Of a stretch of DNA of 64,000 nucleotides, positions 1 through 9,842 are shown piece after piece (positions within the stretch are counted from its first letter, which is position 1; the number at the start of each line of letters is the position of its first letter). A program made the position numbers and the translations under genes. This DNA is from an uncultured Nitrospirota bacterium (lineage in GTDB: Bacteria > Nitrospinota > Nitrospinia > CAJXCL01). The notes beneath the pieces are model-generated. The model saw only the letters and a list, made by a program, of their open reading frames with translations. It had not been told where the DNA came from and ran no database searches. The stretch spans positions 3,492-67,491 of the forward strand of contig CAJXCL010000003.1 of assembly GCA_913051775.1 (NCBI GenBank), in the 5' to 3' direction.

Positions 1-8
1 ACAGTGCT

Positions 9-1046
9 GTGATGTTTGAAGGAGAAACAGCGTTTCTACAGCTTGTGGAAGAAATTGGAGCTGGTCGTAATCTGGCGCAAATTCCGAATTTGATGTATCG
101 TGATGGTTCAGGAATCCATACCTCCTCAATAACCTCAGCTGAGGATATGAAGACCCTGCCGCCACCTGACTTTGACGGATTGCCTTTGGAGAAATATTTT
201 GTCCCGGAACCCATCCTCCCTTACCTGGCAACACGGGGCTGTTACTGGGGTCAGTGCGAGTTCTGCGACCATGGAGAGGGATATACGGCAGGGTACCGGA
301 CAAAGAAGATTAATCAAATTATTGACGAGATCCGGTACCTGGGGAATAAGCACAATGCTCGCCATTTTCACTTTACCGATGAATCGTACCCACTGGCGTT
401 CTTCAAAAAACTCTCACGGAAGCTTATGGAGAACAAAATGGACATTGAGTGGGCCACTCACATACGATTTGAAAAGGATTTGATTCATAAACAAATCTGG
501 AAGGATGCCGCCGAGTCCGGATGCAAAGTACTCCACATGGGCTTTGAGTCGGCAAGTGAGAGAGTGCTGAAGCTCATGGGCAAGGCAACAACAACGGATG
601 TCATTCGAAGAGGTCTTGAGATGTCCTCAACGGCCGGCATCTGGAATCACGTAATGGGATTCTTTGGTTTTCCAGGTGAGACCTATAAAGATGCCAGGTA
701 TTCCATGCAGTTCCTGGAAGAGAACAAGGATCACGTACATTCTATAGGGTTTGGCACATTTGATCTGAGCAAATATACCCCTGTTGCGAAGAATCCTGAA
801 AAATTTGGAGTCACGTACCATAAAAATCCGGACTGGGATTTGGCTTTGAACTATTACTACACTGTCAGAAAGGGGCTCGGCATTGAAGAAGCCGAGCGAG
901 CGCTTGAGGAATTCGAACGCAATCACTACAGAGGCTGGGATTTTAGGATTTTTATCAGAGAATACATATTCCTTTACGTAGCTCATTTTGGAAAGAACAA
1001 ACTGCCCGCCCTTCAATTTAATGTTAGCAACGAAGAAGGTGCTTGA
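9..1046 (+). CDS. Radical SAM protein, probably B12-binding (class B-like); 5' end likely lies outside the window
   Basis: CxxxCxxC motif in TRGCYWGQCEFC, followed by HFHFTDE, GFESASERVL and FFGFPGET segments typical of B12-binding radical SAM enzymes. The ORF runs from the window edge, so the B12 domain is not visible. Confidence 0.82.
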   Translation: MMFEGETAFLQLVEEIGAGRNLAQIPNLMYRDGSGIHTSSITSAEDMKTLPPPDFDGLPLEKYFVPEPILPYLATRGCYWGQCEFCDHGEGYTAGYRTKKINQIIDEIRYLGNKHNARHFHFTDESYPLAFFKKLSRKLMENKMDIEWATHIRFEKDLIHKQIWKDAAESGCKVLHMGFESASERVLKLMGKATTTDVIRRGLEMSSTAGIWNHVMGFFGFPGETYKDARYSMQFLEENKDHVHSIGFGTFDLSKYTPVAKNPEKFGVTYHKNPDWDLALNYYYTVRKGLGIEEAERALEEFERNHYRGWDFRIFIREYIFLYVAHFGKNKLPALQFNVSNEEGA

Positions 1047-1166
1047 AGATCCGCCGGGGTCTGAAGTAAGTTTATGGCCACAAAGTGACAGTTTAAAAAT
1101 GCATGTGTTATTAAATTGTAATTCTATCAGTGTGATTTAGCGATATTGGTAGTTGACATTTGAGTA

Positions 1167-1196
1167 TTGACAAATAACTTAACTTACTCGTATTCT
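1167..1196 (+). promoter_or_regulatory. Putative sigma70 promoter for mrp
   Basis: TTGACA (1167-1172), 18 nt spacer, TATTCT (1191-1196); AGGAGG SD at about 1292 before the ORF. Confidence 0.35.
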
Positions 1197-1245
1197 AATG
1201 TGACTGTTTTTTAAGGTTGCAGAAGGGAGCTCATCGGAAGTTGGT

Positions 1246-1266
1246 GACGCAGAGCGTGGGAACGAG
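1246..1266 (+). repeat. Half of a REP-like palindrome (GACGCAGAGCGTGGGAACGAG)
   Basis: Matches from memory the widespread CGCAGAGCGTGGGAACGAG REP-type motif; single degenerate copy in this window. Confidence 0.35.
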
Positions 1267-1299
1267 TAAAAATTGTAAACTATAAATGAACAGGAGGTT

Positions 1300-2223
1300 T
1301 TGATGGTTATTACTAAAGAATGCGAGTTTCTTCATACATGTGAAATGTGTGAAAAAAACAACGAGACAGATTGCAAGTTTGATCATAACGAGCATAAGCG
1401 GTGGCTGGTAAATAAAAGGATGGGAGATATTAAATATAAAATCATTGTTGGAAGTAATAAAGGGGGGGTGGGAAAAAGCACAGTTACCACCAACCTGGCC
1501 TGTGCTCTAGTGCAAAAAGGTTTTAAGGTAGGTTTGGCAGACGCGGACTTGCATGGTCCAAATGTTCCCAAGCTGATGAACGCGGAAAAGGTCAGGCTCA
1601 AGGAAGAGGATGGGGGGATTCGGCCATTTGAGACAAGCAGCGGAATAAAACTTGCTTCTTTGGGGTTTTTAATTGAAGATCCGGGGATGCACATAGCCTG
1701 GCGCGATGCGGTAAAATATGATTTTATCATCGAATTGTTGGGCAATATTAATTGGGGAAAGTTAGACTATTTGCTTGTCGATTTACCCCCCGGTACGGGA
1801 AACGAACAGATTACCATTATAGATTTTATCGGCAATGTCGATGGTGTTGTCATCGTGACAACACCTCAGGATTTGGCTTTGCTCGATGCAAGAAAGATGA
1901 TCTCCTTTTCCAGGGACAGTAATGTCCCCATTGTAGGTATCATTGAAAACATGAGCTCCCTTACATGTCCTCACTGCAACAACCAGATTGATGTTTTCAA
2001 AAAAGGCGGGGGTGAAAAATTAGCGCGGGAGCTAAATCTTCCGTTTATAGGGGCTATTCCTCTTGACGCGGATATTACTGTCCAATCGGACAAAGGGGAA
2101 CCTATCGTATTATCAAGACCAGACTCTACTCCTGCCAAAGGTTTTTTAAATTTAGCGGAAAACTGCCACAAATTCTTGAATTCAAGAAAATCGGGCAGTG
2201 GAAAAAAGAATCCGGCTCCATAA
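1300..2223 (+). CDS. mrp: Mrp/ApbC/NBP35 family Fe-S cluster carrier ATPase
   Basis: Deviant Walker A GSNKGGVGKST, DADLHGP, DLPPGTG, ENMS and CPHC motifs. Confidence 0.95.
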   Translation: MMVITKECEFLHTCEMCEKNNETDCKFDHNEHKRWLVNKRMGDIKYKIIVGSNKGGVGKSTVTTNLACALVQKGFKVGLADADLHGPNVPKLMNAEKVRLKEEDGGIRPFETSSGIKLASLGFLIEDPGMHIAWRDAVKYDFIIELLGNINWGKLDYLLVDLPPGTGNEQITIIDFIGNVDGVVIVTTPQDLALLDARKMISFSRDSNVPIVGIIENMSSLTCPHCNNQIDVFKKGGGEKLARELNLPFIGAIPLDADITVQSDKGEPIVLSRPDSTPAKGFLNLAENCHKFLNSRKSGSGKKNPAP

Positions 2224-2253
2224 TTACCGGCAAAGTAAATTAATGTAGTAAAT

Positions 2254-2374
2254 AATTGAAGCTCCCCGTAGCCCAAGCTACGGGGAAGCTTGAGAGTAGA
2301 GTATGATTTTATTTTTTAGTTCGCTCGCTAACACCACAGCAAGTTGCGAGAAATGCGCTTGCTAAGCATTTTTA
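2254..2374 (-). repeat. Dispersed hairpin repeat family B, copy 1
   Basis: AATTGAAGCTCCCCGTAGC-CCAA-GCTACGGGGAAGCTT hairpin plus TTCGCTCGCTAACAC...AATGCGCTTGCTAAGCA; homologous to the copies at 8967, 22908, 39333, 45365 and 48631. Confidence 0.8.
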
Positions 2375-2600
2375 ACTCTGTTATTTAGTCTCTATTAACA
2401 GTCAATTATACTCCTGTTCACAGGTCAAATACCAAGCACTTTTTTATTTCCATATCCTTCCCCAACAAACCCTAAATATGCTATCATTAAACGTTAATCC
2501 TCATAGGAGTAATAATATGAAGTATCATCAAAGGGTAGTGCTAATTGTGCTGGTTTAAATGTGAGTATGTTTTGTAGTTGAATCCTGAAATAGTGAATGA

Positions 2601-3491
2601 ATGAAAAAAATAATTTTAAGTTTTTTAATAGTATTCCTTTTAACTGACATAAGTGTAGGAGAAGAAAAAAAAGGCTTTGAAGGCATGGTCTTTATAAAAG
2701 GAGGCTGTTTTGAAATGGGAGACCAATTTGGCGAGGGGGATAGTGATGAAAAGCCGGTTCACGGGGTCTGTGTGGATGATTTCTATATGGGAGAGCATGA
2801 GGTAACAGTGGGAGAATTCAGGGAGTTTGTAAATGAAACTGCTTACAAAACCGAGGCTGAAAAAGGGGACGGATGTTTTTACTGGACTGGCAGTCAACTG
2901 AAAATGTTCAGGAGTATCTACTGGGATAATCCTGATTTTTCTCAGACAGAGAAAAACCCGGTTACATGCGTAAGCTGGAATGATGCAACGGAATATATAA
3001 AATGGAAAAAGAAAAAGACCGGTTTGAATTACCGCCTTCCTACTGAGGCAGAGTGGGAATATGCGATGCGGGAAGGGGGAAAGAGTAGAAGGTTTGCTGG
3101 TTTTTCCAATGAAGGAGATCTGTTTCTGTATGCTAATTTTTGTGATGTAAACTGTAGTTTTGCATGGAAAACCAATGATCAGAATGATGGGTATCAGTAC
3201 ACAGCAGCGGTAAAATCATACAGACCCAATAGCCTTGGTTTATATGACATGTCCGGCAATGTGTGGGAGTGGGTACTGGACTGGTATGATAAGGACTATT
3301 ACAACCATAGTCTCGGTTATAATCTTACAGGGCCGAGGAGTGGTAAATACAGGGTTCTTCGTGGTGGTTCCTGGAGCAGCAGAATTTTGTTTGTACGGGC
3401 AGCGTTTCGGCCTAAATGGGGTCAGATAGGACTCGACACAGGTTTTCGCTTAGCCCTAGACAATAAAAGGAAAAGAGGATTGTGGAAGTAA
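2601..3491 (+). CDS. Secreted FGE-sulfatase (SUMF1/EgtB/PvdO) domain protein
   Basis: N-terminal signal peptide; FEMGD, NPVTCVSWNDA, RLPTEAEWEYA, GLYDMSGNVWEW, RGGSW and GFR motifs. Confidence 0.92.
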   Translation: MKKIILSFLIVFLLTDISVGEEKKGFEGMVFIKGGCFEMGDQFGEGDSDEKPVHGVCVDDFYMGEHEVTVGEFREFVNETAYKTEAEKGDGCFYWTGSQLKMFRSIYWDNPDFSQTEKNPVTCVSWNDATEYIKWKKKKTGLNYRLPTEAEWEYAMREGGKSRRFAGFSNEGDLFLYANFCDVNCSFAWKTNDQNDGYQYTAAVKSYRPNSLGLYDMSGNVWEWVLDWYDKDYYNHSLGYNLTGPRSGKYRVLRGGSWSSRILFVRAAFRPKWGQIGLDTGFRLALDNKRKRGLWK

Positions 3492-3647
3492 TTAACCGCT
3501 ATTTTGCTTCAATCAATACAATATTATTCTTAGTTCTCTCCATGAAGTTCTTGGGCTCTCTTGACGCAAGGCTTAAATCTGTGGGTTGATATAACATAGA
3601 GCGTAAATCAGGTAGCATAGAAAGAATGTTTTTGATATACGACGATT

Positions 3648-3898
3648 TTATAGCACAAGGCTCATGACTGGCGCGGCAAAAAGATTTAAGAAATTAGAAT
3701 TCGCTACGGCCCTGATATGGAAATTGCTTCAGATTGCTGAAAAAAACCTTCGCAGACTTAAAGGGTGCTGGTCGTTGTCTGATGTTTTAGCTGGGGAAAA
3801 AATTGTAGATGGAAATTTAGTTAATGAAAATAAGAGAGAATTTAAAGAAGAAAGGAACGCCGTCTGAAATGATTTTACATTCATATTGAAACGATCTC
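3648..3898 (+). mobile_element. IS256-family remnant (transposase C-terminus and probable right end)
   Basis: ORF 3664-3867 (AKRFKKLEFATALIWKLLQIAEKNLRRLKG) resembles the IS256/mutator C-terminus; followed by GATTTTACATTCATATTGAAACGATCTC, resembling an IS256 terminal repeat. The catalytic region is missing. Confidence 0.6.
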
Positions 3899-4025
3899 TC
3901 TTCAAATGGAAGTTTTAATTCTTACACAATTCCACCTAACTTTTTTTGCTTTCGTCCTATAGGAAGCTTTCAGATTTAGATATGTTTGTTCAATATTAAG
4001 GTAAATAACATTCGAAAGGGAGATC

Positions 4026-5138
4026 ATGAAAAAAGGTTCTATCTATACTGTGGCAGGATGTGGAAAGATTGGCTCTGAGGGTGATGGGGGAGACGCAAAA
4101 TTGGCGATGTTGAATGAACCCAAGGATCTGACTATTGACAACAATGGCTGTTTGTATATAGCTGATTCAGAAAATAACCTGATCAGATTTGTAAATTCAA
4201 ATGGGTCTATTGATACCATCGCTGGTTCTATCACACTTTCTGAGACGGAGGAAGATAAAAAGGCTGATGAGACCGAATATCAACGCGTTCTCGATACAGT
4301 GCCGCGCAAAGCTGGGATGAATGCAGAGCTGATTGGCGATAATGGCGCGGCCATATCGGCAAAGCTTAGATTCCCATCTGCCATTGCTGTAGATCATGAT
4401 GGAAATCTCTATATTTCTGATACCCATAACCATAGGGTAAGAAAGATGAATAGAAAAAATGGTGTCATTACAACGATAGCAGGTAATGGCGATGACCAAT
4501 TGAGTGGTGACAATGGTCCTGCAACAGAAGCAAGCCTCTCAGAACCAACGGGTATAGCAATAGACCGGGAAGGGAACATATATATTGCTGATTTAAGAAA
4601 CAATAAGATCAGGATAGTTGAGAGAGCAAGCGGGATAATAAAGACTTTTGCCGGAAACGGTGATGATTATTTCAGCGGAGATGATGGACCGGCAGTTAAT
4701 GCCTCCCTCAGTGGCCCCAGCGGTATAGTTCTGGACAAAAATGAGAATATTTTTATTGCTGATACATTTAACAATGTCATCAGAAGGGTAGATGCAAATA
4801 CAGGTATTATAACTACTGTTGCCGGAGATGGTGATAGATTTAAAATTAATAAAAAGGAAACCACGGCTAATAGCCTTGCTCGCCCACATTCAATTGCATT
4901 GGATTCAAAAGGAAACATATACACCACTGACTCTGACAATCATTTGGTAAGAAAAATAGATGGGAACTCCGGTGAGATTACTAATGTAGCTGGAAATGGA
5001 ACGATAGGTTTTTCCACGGATGGAACACCGGCTCATGATGCCGCCCTTAATTATCCATTTGGCATGGCAATAGATTCAAAAGATAATGTATATGTTGCAG
5101 ACACTTTTAACCATAGAATAAGAAAAATATTCAATTAA
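4026..5138 (+). CDS. NHL-repeat beta-propeller protein, no signal peptide
   Basis: Six repeats of the form L..P.gia.D..GnlYiaDt.N..IRki with TvAG.G linkers. Confidence 0.92.
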   Translation: MKKGSIYTVAGCGKIGSEGDGGDAKLAMLNEPKDLTIDNNGCLYIADSENNLIRFVNSNGSIDTIAGSITLSETEEDKKADETEYQRVLDTVPRKAGMNAELIGDNGAAISAKLRFPSAIAVDHDGNLYISDTHNHRVRKMNRKNGVITTIAGNGDDQLSGDNGPATEASLSEPTGIAIDREGNIYIADLRNNKIRIVERASGIIKTFAGNGDDYFSGDDGPAVNASLSGPSGIVLDKNENIFIADTFNNVIRRVDANTGIITTVAGDGDRFKINKKETTANSLARPHSIALDSKGNIYTTDSDNHLVRKIDGNSGEITNVAGNGTIGFSTDGTPAHDAALNYPFGMAIDSKDNVYVADTFNHRIRKIFN

Positions 5139-5526
5139 GATGTACTTCTGAGTACGAAATCAAAAAAAGAGGTTAATTTTTTGAAACTCTATCAACTATC
5201 CAGAGTCTAATCAATAAGCTCCAAATTTTTTTCTTTTCTATCTTTTTTATTAGGGTTGTAGGATATAAAGTCCTGTAGCCCTTTTTTTTTGAAGTTTTTT
5301 ACTCTCATCGGGCTCGAGTCCCGTTGGAGCCAACTTTTGCTATCTAATTAGAAAATATGACTATTCCCATATTTATCTCCAATTAAAATAACACTCCTTA
5401 AATGCTCATATCTTTTTTTTTCTTGCGAGATAGCACCTATATACCAAATTTTTTAATAGTTTAGACAAGTTTTTTTATTGATATTTTTTTAAATATGGAT
5501 TATCTTAAAATTTGTAAAAAATTATT

Positions 5527-5970
5527 ATGCTTAGAAAATTATTAAAAAGAATTATAGATAATAAGGGATTTACTCTCCTTGAGTTATTGGTTGTTATGAT
5601 CATTCTTGGATTGCTGGCTGCGCTGGTTGCTCCGAAATTTTTCAGCCATGTTGGAAAGTCCAAAACAAAGGCTGCAAAGGCCCAGATAGAGTTACTTGGT
5701 ACTGCGCTGGACACCATGCGACTTGACGTTGGGCGTTATCCCACAACGGAGGAAGGGCTCAATGCTCTGCGAGAGGATCCCGGCATTACTAGGTGGGATG
5801 GACCATATCTCCCAAAGTCCGTGCCTAAGGATCCATGGCAAACGCCATATATCTATTCATATCCCGGAGAAAACGGGTCAGAATACGATATCCTCTCATA
5901 TGGCTCTGATGGTACGCAAGGCGGTAGTGGAGAAGATCAAGATGTCGCCAATTGGAAAGAAATAGAATAG
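5527..5970 (+). CDS. gspG: Type II secretion major pseudopilin GspG (orphan)
   Basis: Class III signal KGFTLLELLVVMIILGLLAALVAP; LDVGRYPT, WDGPYL, DPWQTPY and SYGSDG motifs. Confidence 0.93.
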   Translation: MLRKLLKRIIDNKGFTLLELLVVMIILGLLAALVAPKFFSHVGKSKTKAAKAQIELLGTALDTMRLDVGRYPTTEEGLNALREDPGITRWDGPYLPKSVPKDPWQTPYIYSYPGENGSEYDILSYGSDGTQGGSGEDQDVANWKEIE

Positions 5971-6021
5971 CAATTCAGCGGCTAGGGGTTGGGGATCAAC
6001 GATCAACAAAGAAAATACCTT

Positions 6022-7335
6022 CTAAACAATTATCTCATCATCTTTCATAACGATTTTGCCTTTTACAATAGTCATAACAGCTTTTCCTTGAACTTCCCAT
6101 TCATCAAATGGACAGTTTCTGCCTTTTGAGTAAAATTTGGAGGAACTGATCGTCCATTTCTTTTTTGGATCAATTATGATTATATCTGCTTTAGAACCTA
6201 AGGCTAAACTTCCAGCTTTTAACCTGAAAATCTTTGCAGGCAAAACACTCATTTTCTTTATTGCTTGAGACATGGTTAATAAGCCGGGTTTTACCAGATG
6301 CGTTAATACTAAAGCTAAAGTGGTCTCCAAACCGATTAATCCAAACGGAGCTTTTTCCCATATTAAAGCTTTTTCCCGGATTGTGTGAGGAGCATGGTCG
6401 CTCGCAATAATATCAATAGTTCCGTTAATCAGGCCTTCTCTTACCGCATCTACATCTTTTTGTGTTCTTAAGGGTGGGTTGACTTTCGCGTTGGTTCCTA
6501 TTTTTTCTTCATCTTTTTCTGTCAGAAGCAGGTGATGTGGCGCTGCTTCGGCAGTTATATTAACACCATTATTTTTTGCGTTAGCAATCAGCTCTACGGA
6601 TTCGGCAAGACTGACATGAGATATATGAAGTTTTGCGCTTGTTTTTTTTGCCAGTTCTATATCTCTCTTAATAAAATCTGCCTCTGAACAGTATGGTTTA
6701 TCAGCAAACCTTGCAGTGCCTGTAAAATAATGAGACTGCTTCTTTTCTTTAGATGCTAACTTCTTTTTATTTCTATAAAATTTTGACTCTTCACAATGTG
6801 GACTAACCAGAGAATTGGCTTTTTTACTTTCTATTAGAGCATTATGCATTAACTTTTTCCCAGCTACAGGATTTCCGTCATCAGAAATAGCTACGGCTCC
6901 GCTGTTTACCAAAGTTTTTACGTCCGTAATCCTGTTTCCTCTCAGCCCTTTTGAAATGCATGCCTTGGTATAAATATTGATTATGCCAGTGTTTTTTGCT
7001 ATCTCCAATGCTCTCGCTATTCTTGGAGGGGTATCAAGAGGAGGGGATGTATTCGGTTCCATAACGACTGTTGTAAAACCCCCTGCTGCAGCGGCATAAG
7101 AACCTGTTTTAATCGTTTCTTTATATTCAAATCCGGGTTCTCTGAAATGGACATGCACGTCAACAAGGCCGGGTGTAATAATTTTTCCTTTTGCGCTTAT
7201 AATTTGTGAATTTTTATCTTTTATGTTTTTGCCGATGGCCTTAATTTTGCAGCCATCAATCAAAATATCCAAGACATCATTTTTTTTTGATTTGGGATCA
7301 ATTACTGTTCCGTTTTTAAGTAAAAGTTTTGGCAT
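6022..7335 (-). CDS. pyrC: Dihydroorotase (type I, multifunctional-complex type)
   Basis: PGLVDVHVHFREPG, AAAAGGFTTV, KVNPPLR and IASDHAPH motifs. Confidence 0.93.
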   Translation of the reverse strand: MPKLLLKNGTVIDPKSKKNDVLDILIDGCKIKAIGKNIKDKNSQIISAKGKIITPGLVDVHVHFREPGFEYKETIKTGSYAAAAGGFTTVVMEPNTSPPLDTPPRIARALEIAKNTGIINIYTKACISKGLRGNRITDVKTLVNSGAVAISDDGNPVAGKKLMHNALIESKKANSLVSPHCEESKFYRNKKKLASKEKKQSHYFTGTARFADKPYCSEADFIKRDIELAKKTSAKLHISHVSLAESVELIANAKNNGVNITAEAAPHHLLLTEKDEEKIGTNAKVNPPLRTQKDVDAVREGLINGTIDIIASDHAPHTIREKALIWEKAPFGLIGLETTLALVLTHLVKPGLLTMSQAIKKMSVLPAKIFRLKAGSLALGSKADIIIIDPKKKWTISSSKFYSKGRNCPFDEWEVQGKAVMTIVKGKIVMKDDEIIV

Positions 7336-8116
7336 ATTTATTCTGGTAGCCCCGTGGTGTAATCAATCTGTTCTCATGAAATACTGTTTGACTATTGCCA
7401 ATGATTACAACTGAAAGCATATTGATCTCCTCGTCAGCAAAATCATTTAAATTGCTTATAACTATTGATTGTTTCTCTCGAAAAGCATTGGTAACAATGC
7501 CAACCGGTGTAGTACCGGTACGATAATTCTTAACAATGTCCCTGGAGTTGATGATCTGGCTCACTCTTCTTTTGCTTTTTGGATTATATATTGCGATAAC
7601 AAAATCTCCCTCTGCCGCGCATTCAATTCTCTTTTCAATGACTTCCCAGGGGGTCAGGAGGTCGCTTAAACTGATAACAGCAAAGTCATGTGACAAGGGA
7701 GCGCCTAACAAGGAAGCTGCCGCGTTAACGGCTGACACACCCGGAACAATTTCAATTTCAAGTTGCTTATTTTTATTCAATTCCAATACCAGTCCGGCCA
7801 TGCCGTAAATGCCGGGATCTCCACTGCTAACAACAGTAACTACTTCTCCATTTTCAGCTAATTCCAGAGCTTTTTTGCAACGATCAATTTCTTCCATCAT
7901 GCCTGATGTGTAAATTTTCTGATTTTTGATTAACTCCGCTATTAAATCCACATAACGGGTGTAACCAACTATAGATGTTGATTTCTTAATAGCATCAACA
8001 GCAAGAGGGGTTAACTGATCTATATTTCCAGGACCCGTTCCAACTACAAAAACTTTTCCTCGGCTATCGCTATCGTTGTTTGTGAAAGCTTTGTTTTTGA
8101 CAGTAGCATTTGACAT
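7316..8116 (-). CDS. cbiH: Cobalt-precorrin-3B C17-methyltransferase
   Basis: VVGTGPG, VSSGDPGIYGM, ISLSDLLTPW, YNPKS and TPRGY motifs; start moved to ATG 8116, which has an AGGAGG SD. Confidence 0.93.
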   Translation of the reverse strand: MSNATVKNKAFTNNDSDSRGKVFVVGTGPGNIDQLTPLAVDAIKKSTSIVGYTRYVDLIAELIKNQKIYTSGMMEEIDRCKKALELAENGEVVTVVSSGDPGIYGMAGLVLELNKNKQLEIEIVPGVSAVNAAASLLGAPLSHDFAVISLSDLLTPWEVIEKRIECAAEGDFVIAIYNPKSKRRVSQIINSRDIVKNYRTGTTPVGIVTNAFREKQSIVISNLNDFADEEINMLSVVIIGNSQTVFHENRLITPRGYQNKYAKTFT

Positions 8117-8841
8117 CTGAACCCTCCTAATATAGCGCACGGTTCTGCGACAGAATATATCCCTAATGCTTTCTTTACAGTTTCCGATTTAGCAAAATTA
8201 TCTTCTATAGTCTTTATCTGCGATTTAGAAATAAATTTTAACGGGATATTCAACTTTTCAGAAAGCTGAAAGAAACCTTTCTCGTCATTTTTATCTTCTA
8301 CACTTGCTATGAGTCTTACTTCATTTACACTACGATTAATTCGCTTGAGCCCATCGCGCAAGGTTTCTTCCAATTGAGTTGCTGATGTCCCTCGCCTGCA
8401 GCCCATTCCTGCTATTAAAGTTTTAGTTGCCTCTGATCCGGTTGTGATGACAAAATCTCCATTGCAGATCAAAGCAACCTTTTCCGCCAGACGGTTAGCT
8501 CCTCCTTCGTGACCTGAAAGAGTGCTTATAGCGTAGCGTCCCATTTCATCAACTATAACAATTGCGGGGTCTTTAAACTTGTTCTGGATGTGATCTTTAG
8601 TAATCCGGGTTACAATACCCAGTGCCATAATAAAGATAAAAGAATTATAGCGCTTCCAGAGCTTTTCAACTAGCTCTTTTGTAGTTATTTCGTAGGGTGT
8701 AATGTTGGCGTTATTGTCAGCAATGATATTTTTTGGTGCATAAAGCTCTCCTTTTAAATTATCTTGCAGTTTTCCGGCTACTAACAAGCCATGAGTTGTA
8801 ATAGTAATGATTGCGAGAGACATATTTTTAACAAGTTGCAA
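8044..8841 (-). CDS. cbiG: Cobalt-precorrin-5A hydrolase CbiG (short form)
   Basis: MALGIVTR, KDPAIVIVDE, LSGHEGGAN, ITTGSE, GMGCRRG and VAEPCA motifs; start may be ATG 8823. Confidence 0.92.
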   Translation of the reverse strand: MQLVKNMSLAIITITTHGLLVAGKLQDNLKGELYAPKNIIADNNANITPYEITTKELVEKLWKRYNSFIFIMALGIVTRITKDHIQNKFKDPAIVIVDEMGRYAISTLSGHEGGANRLAEKVALICNGDFVITTGSEATKTLIAGMGCRRGTSATQLEETLRDGLKRINRSVNEVRLIASVEDKNDEKGFFQLSEKLNIPLKFISKSQIKTIEDNFAKSETVKKALGIYSVAEPCAILGGFRCQMLLSKTKLSQTTIAIAEEKFL

Positions 8842-8966
8842 ACTCGATGCACGAAATTCGTAACAATTTTGAATGATCTAAATTAAAAATTATTATATAA
8901 GCAGTTAGGAAGATAAAAAAATGAATGTTGAAAGTTGATAATTTAAGGCCAAAGTATTTAAACATT

Positions 8967-9049
8967 TGAAAGAGTTTAATAAGCGAACTTAAAAAAAATA
9001 TACTCTACGCTGAAGATCCCTCGCAGCTTTGTTGCGTGGAGCTTCAATT
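8967..9049 (+). repeat. Repeat family B, copy 2
   Basis: TGAAAGAGTTTAATAAGCGAAC...TATACTCTACGCTGAAGATCCCTCGCAGCTTTGTTGCGTGGAGCTTCAATT. Confidence 0.7.
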
Positions 9050-9095
9050 TTTGATTTGTTTCGTATTTCGAAATTCGATATTCGGATTTAATCAT

Positions 9096-9842
9096 TTAAC
9101 TTCTATACTCATGGCTAAAGTTTTTATCATAAAGTTTGGATGGAATATTTTTCTTTAAGAGAGCCTCACCCACTAATATCAAAGCGGTTTTTGTGATTTT
9201 TTTTCCTGTTGTTTTTTTTAGTATATTTTCCAAGGTCCCCTCAATGATCTCTTCATCAGGCCAGCTTACTTTATAAGCAATGGTAACCGGTGTTTCAGGA
9301 GAATAACTGGTTTTTAATGTCTCAACAATCTCAGCAAGTTTACTTATGGACAAATAAAGAAACAGTGTAGGGCGCGTTTTAATAATTTCTTTAAGATCCT
9401 CCTTTTCAGGTACCGGCGTCTTGCCTTTAACACGGCTAATGGTAATAGTCTGGCAGATTTCCGGCACTGTCAGTTCAAGGCATAAAGCTGCGGCGGCGGC
9501 TTGAAATGAGCTTATTCCCGGTATTACTTCATACTCAATATTTAGCTTATCAAGCAAAAGCATCTGCTCATTTATAGCACCATATATTGAAGGGTCGCCG
9601 GTATGGAGCCTTCCGACATTCTTACCACTTTCTTTTGCTCTTTTAAAAATATTTTCAATCTCTTCTAAATTTAAAGAAGCAGAATTATGTTTTTCTTCAG
9701 CATTAATGGCGTATTTTAATATATCTATATTGATGAGAGAACCTGCATAAACTACTATTTCTGCCTGCTCCAGAATTTCTTTTCCTTTAATTGTTAAGAG
9801 CTCTGGATCACCTGGTCCCGCACCTATAAAATAAACTTTCAT
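9096..9842 (-). CDS. cbiF: Cobalt-precorrin-4 C11-methyltransferase
   Basis: [39 protein letters not shown] and SKLYD motifs. Confidence 0.95.
   Translation of the reverse strand: MKVYFIGAGPGDPELLTIKGKEILEQAEIVVYAGSLINIDILKYAINAEEKHNSASLNLEEIENIFKRAKESGKNVGRLHTGDPSIYGAINEQMLLLDKLNIEYEVIPGISSFQAAAAALCLELTVPEICQTITISRVKGKTPVPEKEDLKEIIKTRPTLFLYLSISKLAEIVETLKTSYSPETPVTIAYKVSWPDEEIIEGTLENILKKTTGKKITKTALILVGEALLKKNIPSKLYDKNFSHEYRS

Noticed and set aside
5310-5332. GGGCTCGAGTCCCGTTGGAGCCA resembles a tRNA T-arm/3' end (possible att remnant of tRNA-Asp)
   Set aside because: Several mismatches over 23 nt, no upstream cloverleaf, and inverted relative to tRNA-Asp at 47008, so it cannot form an attL/attR direct repeat within this window.
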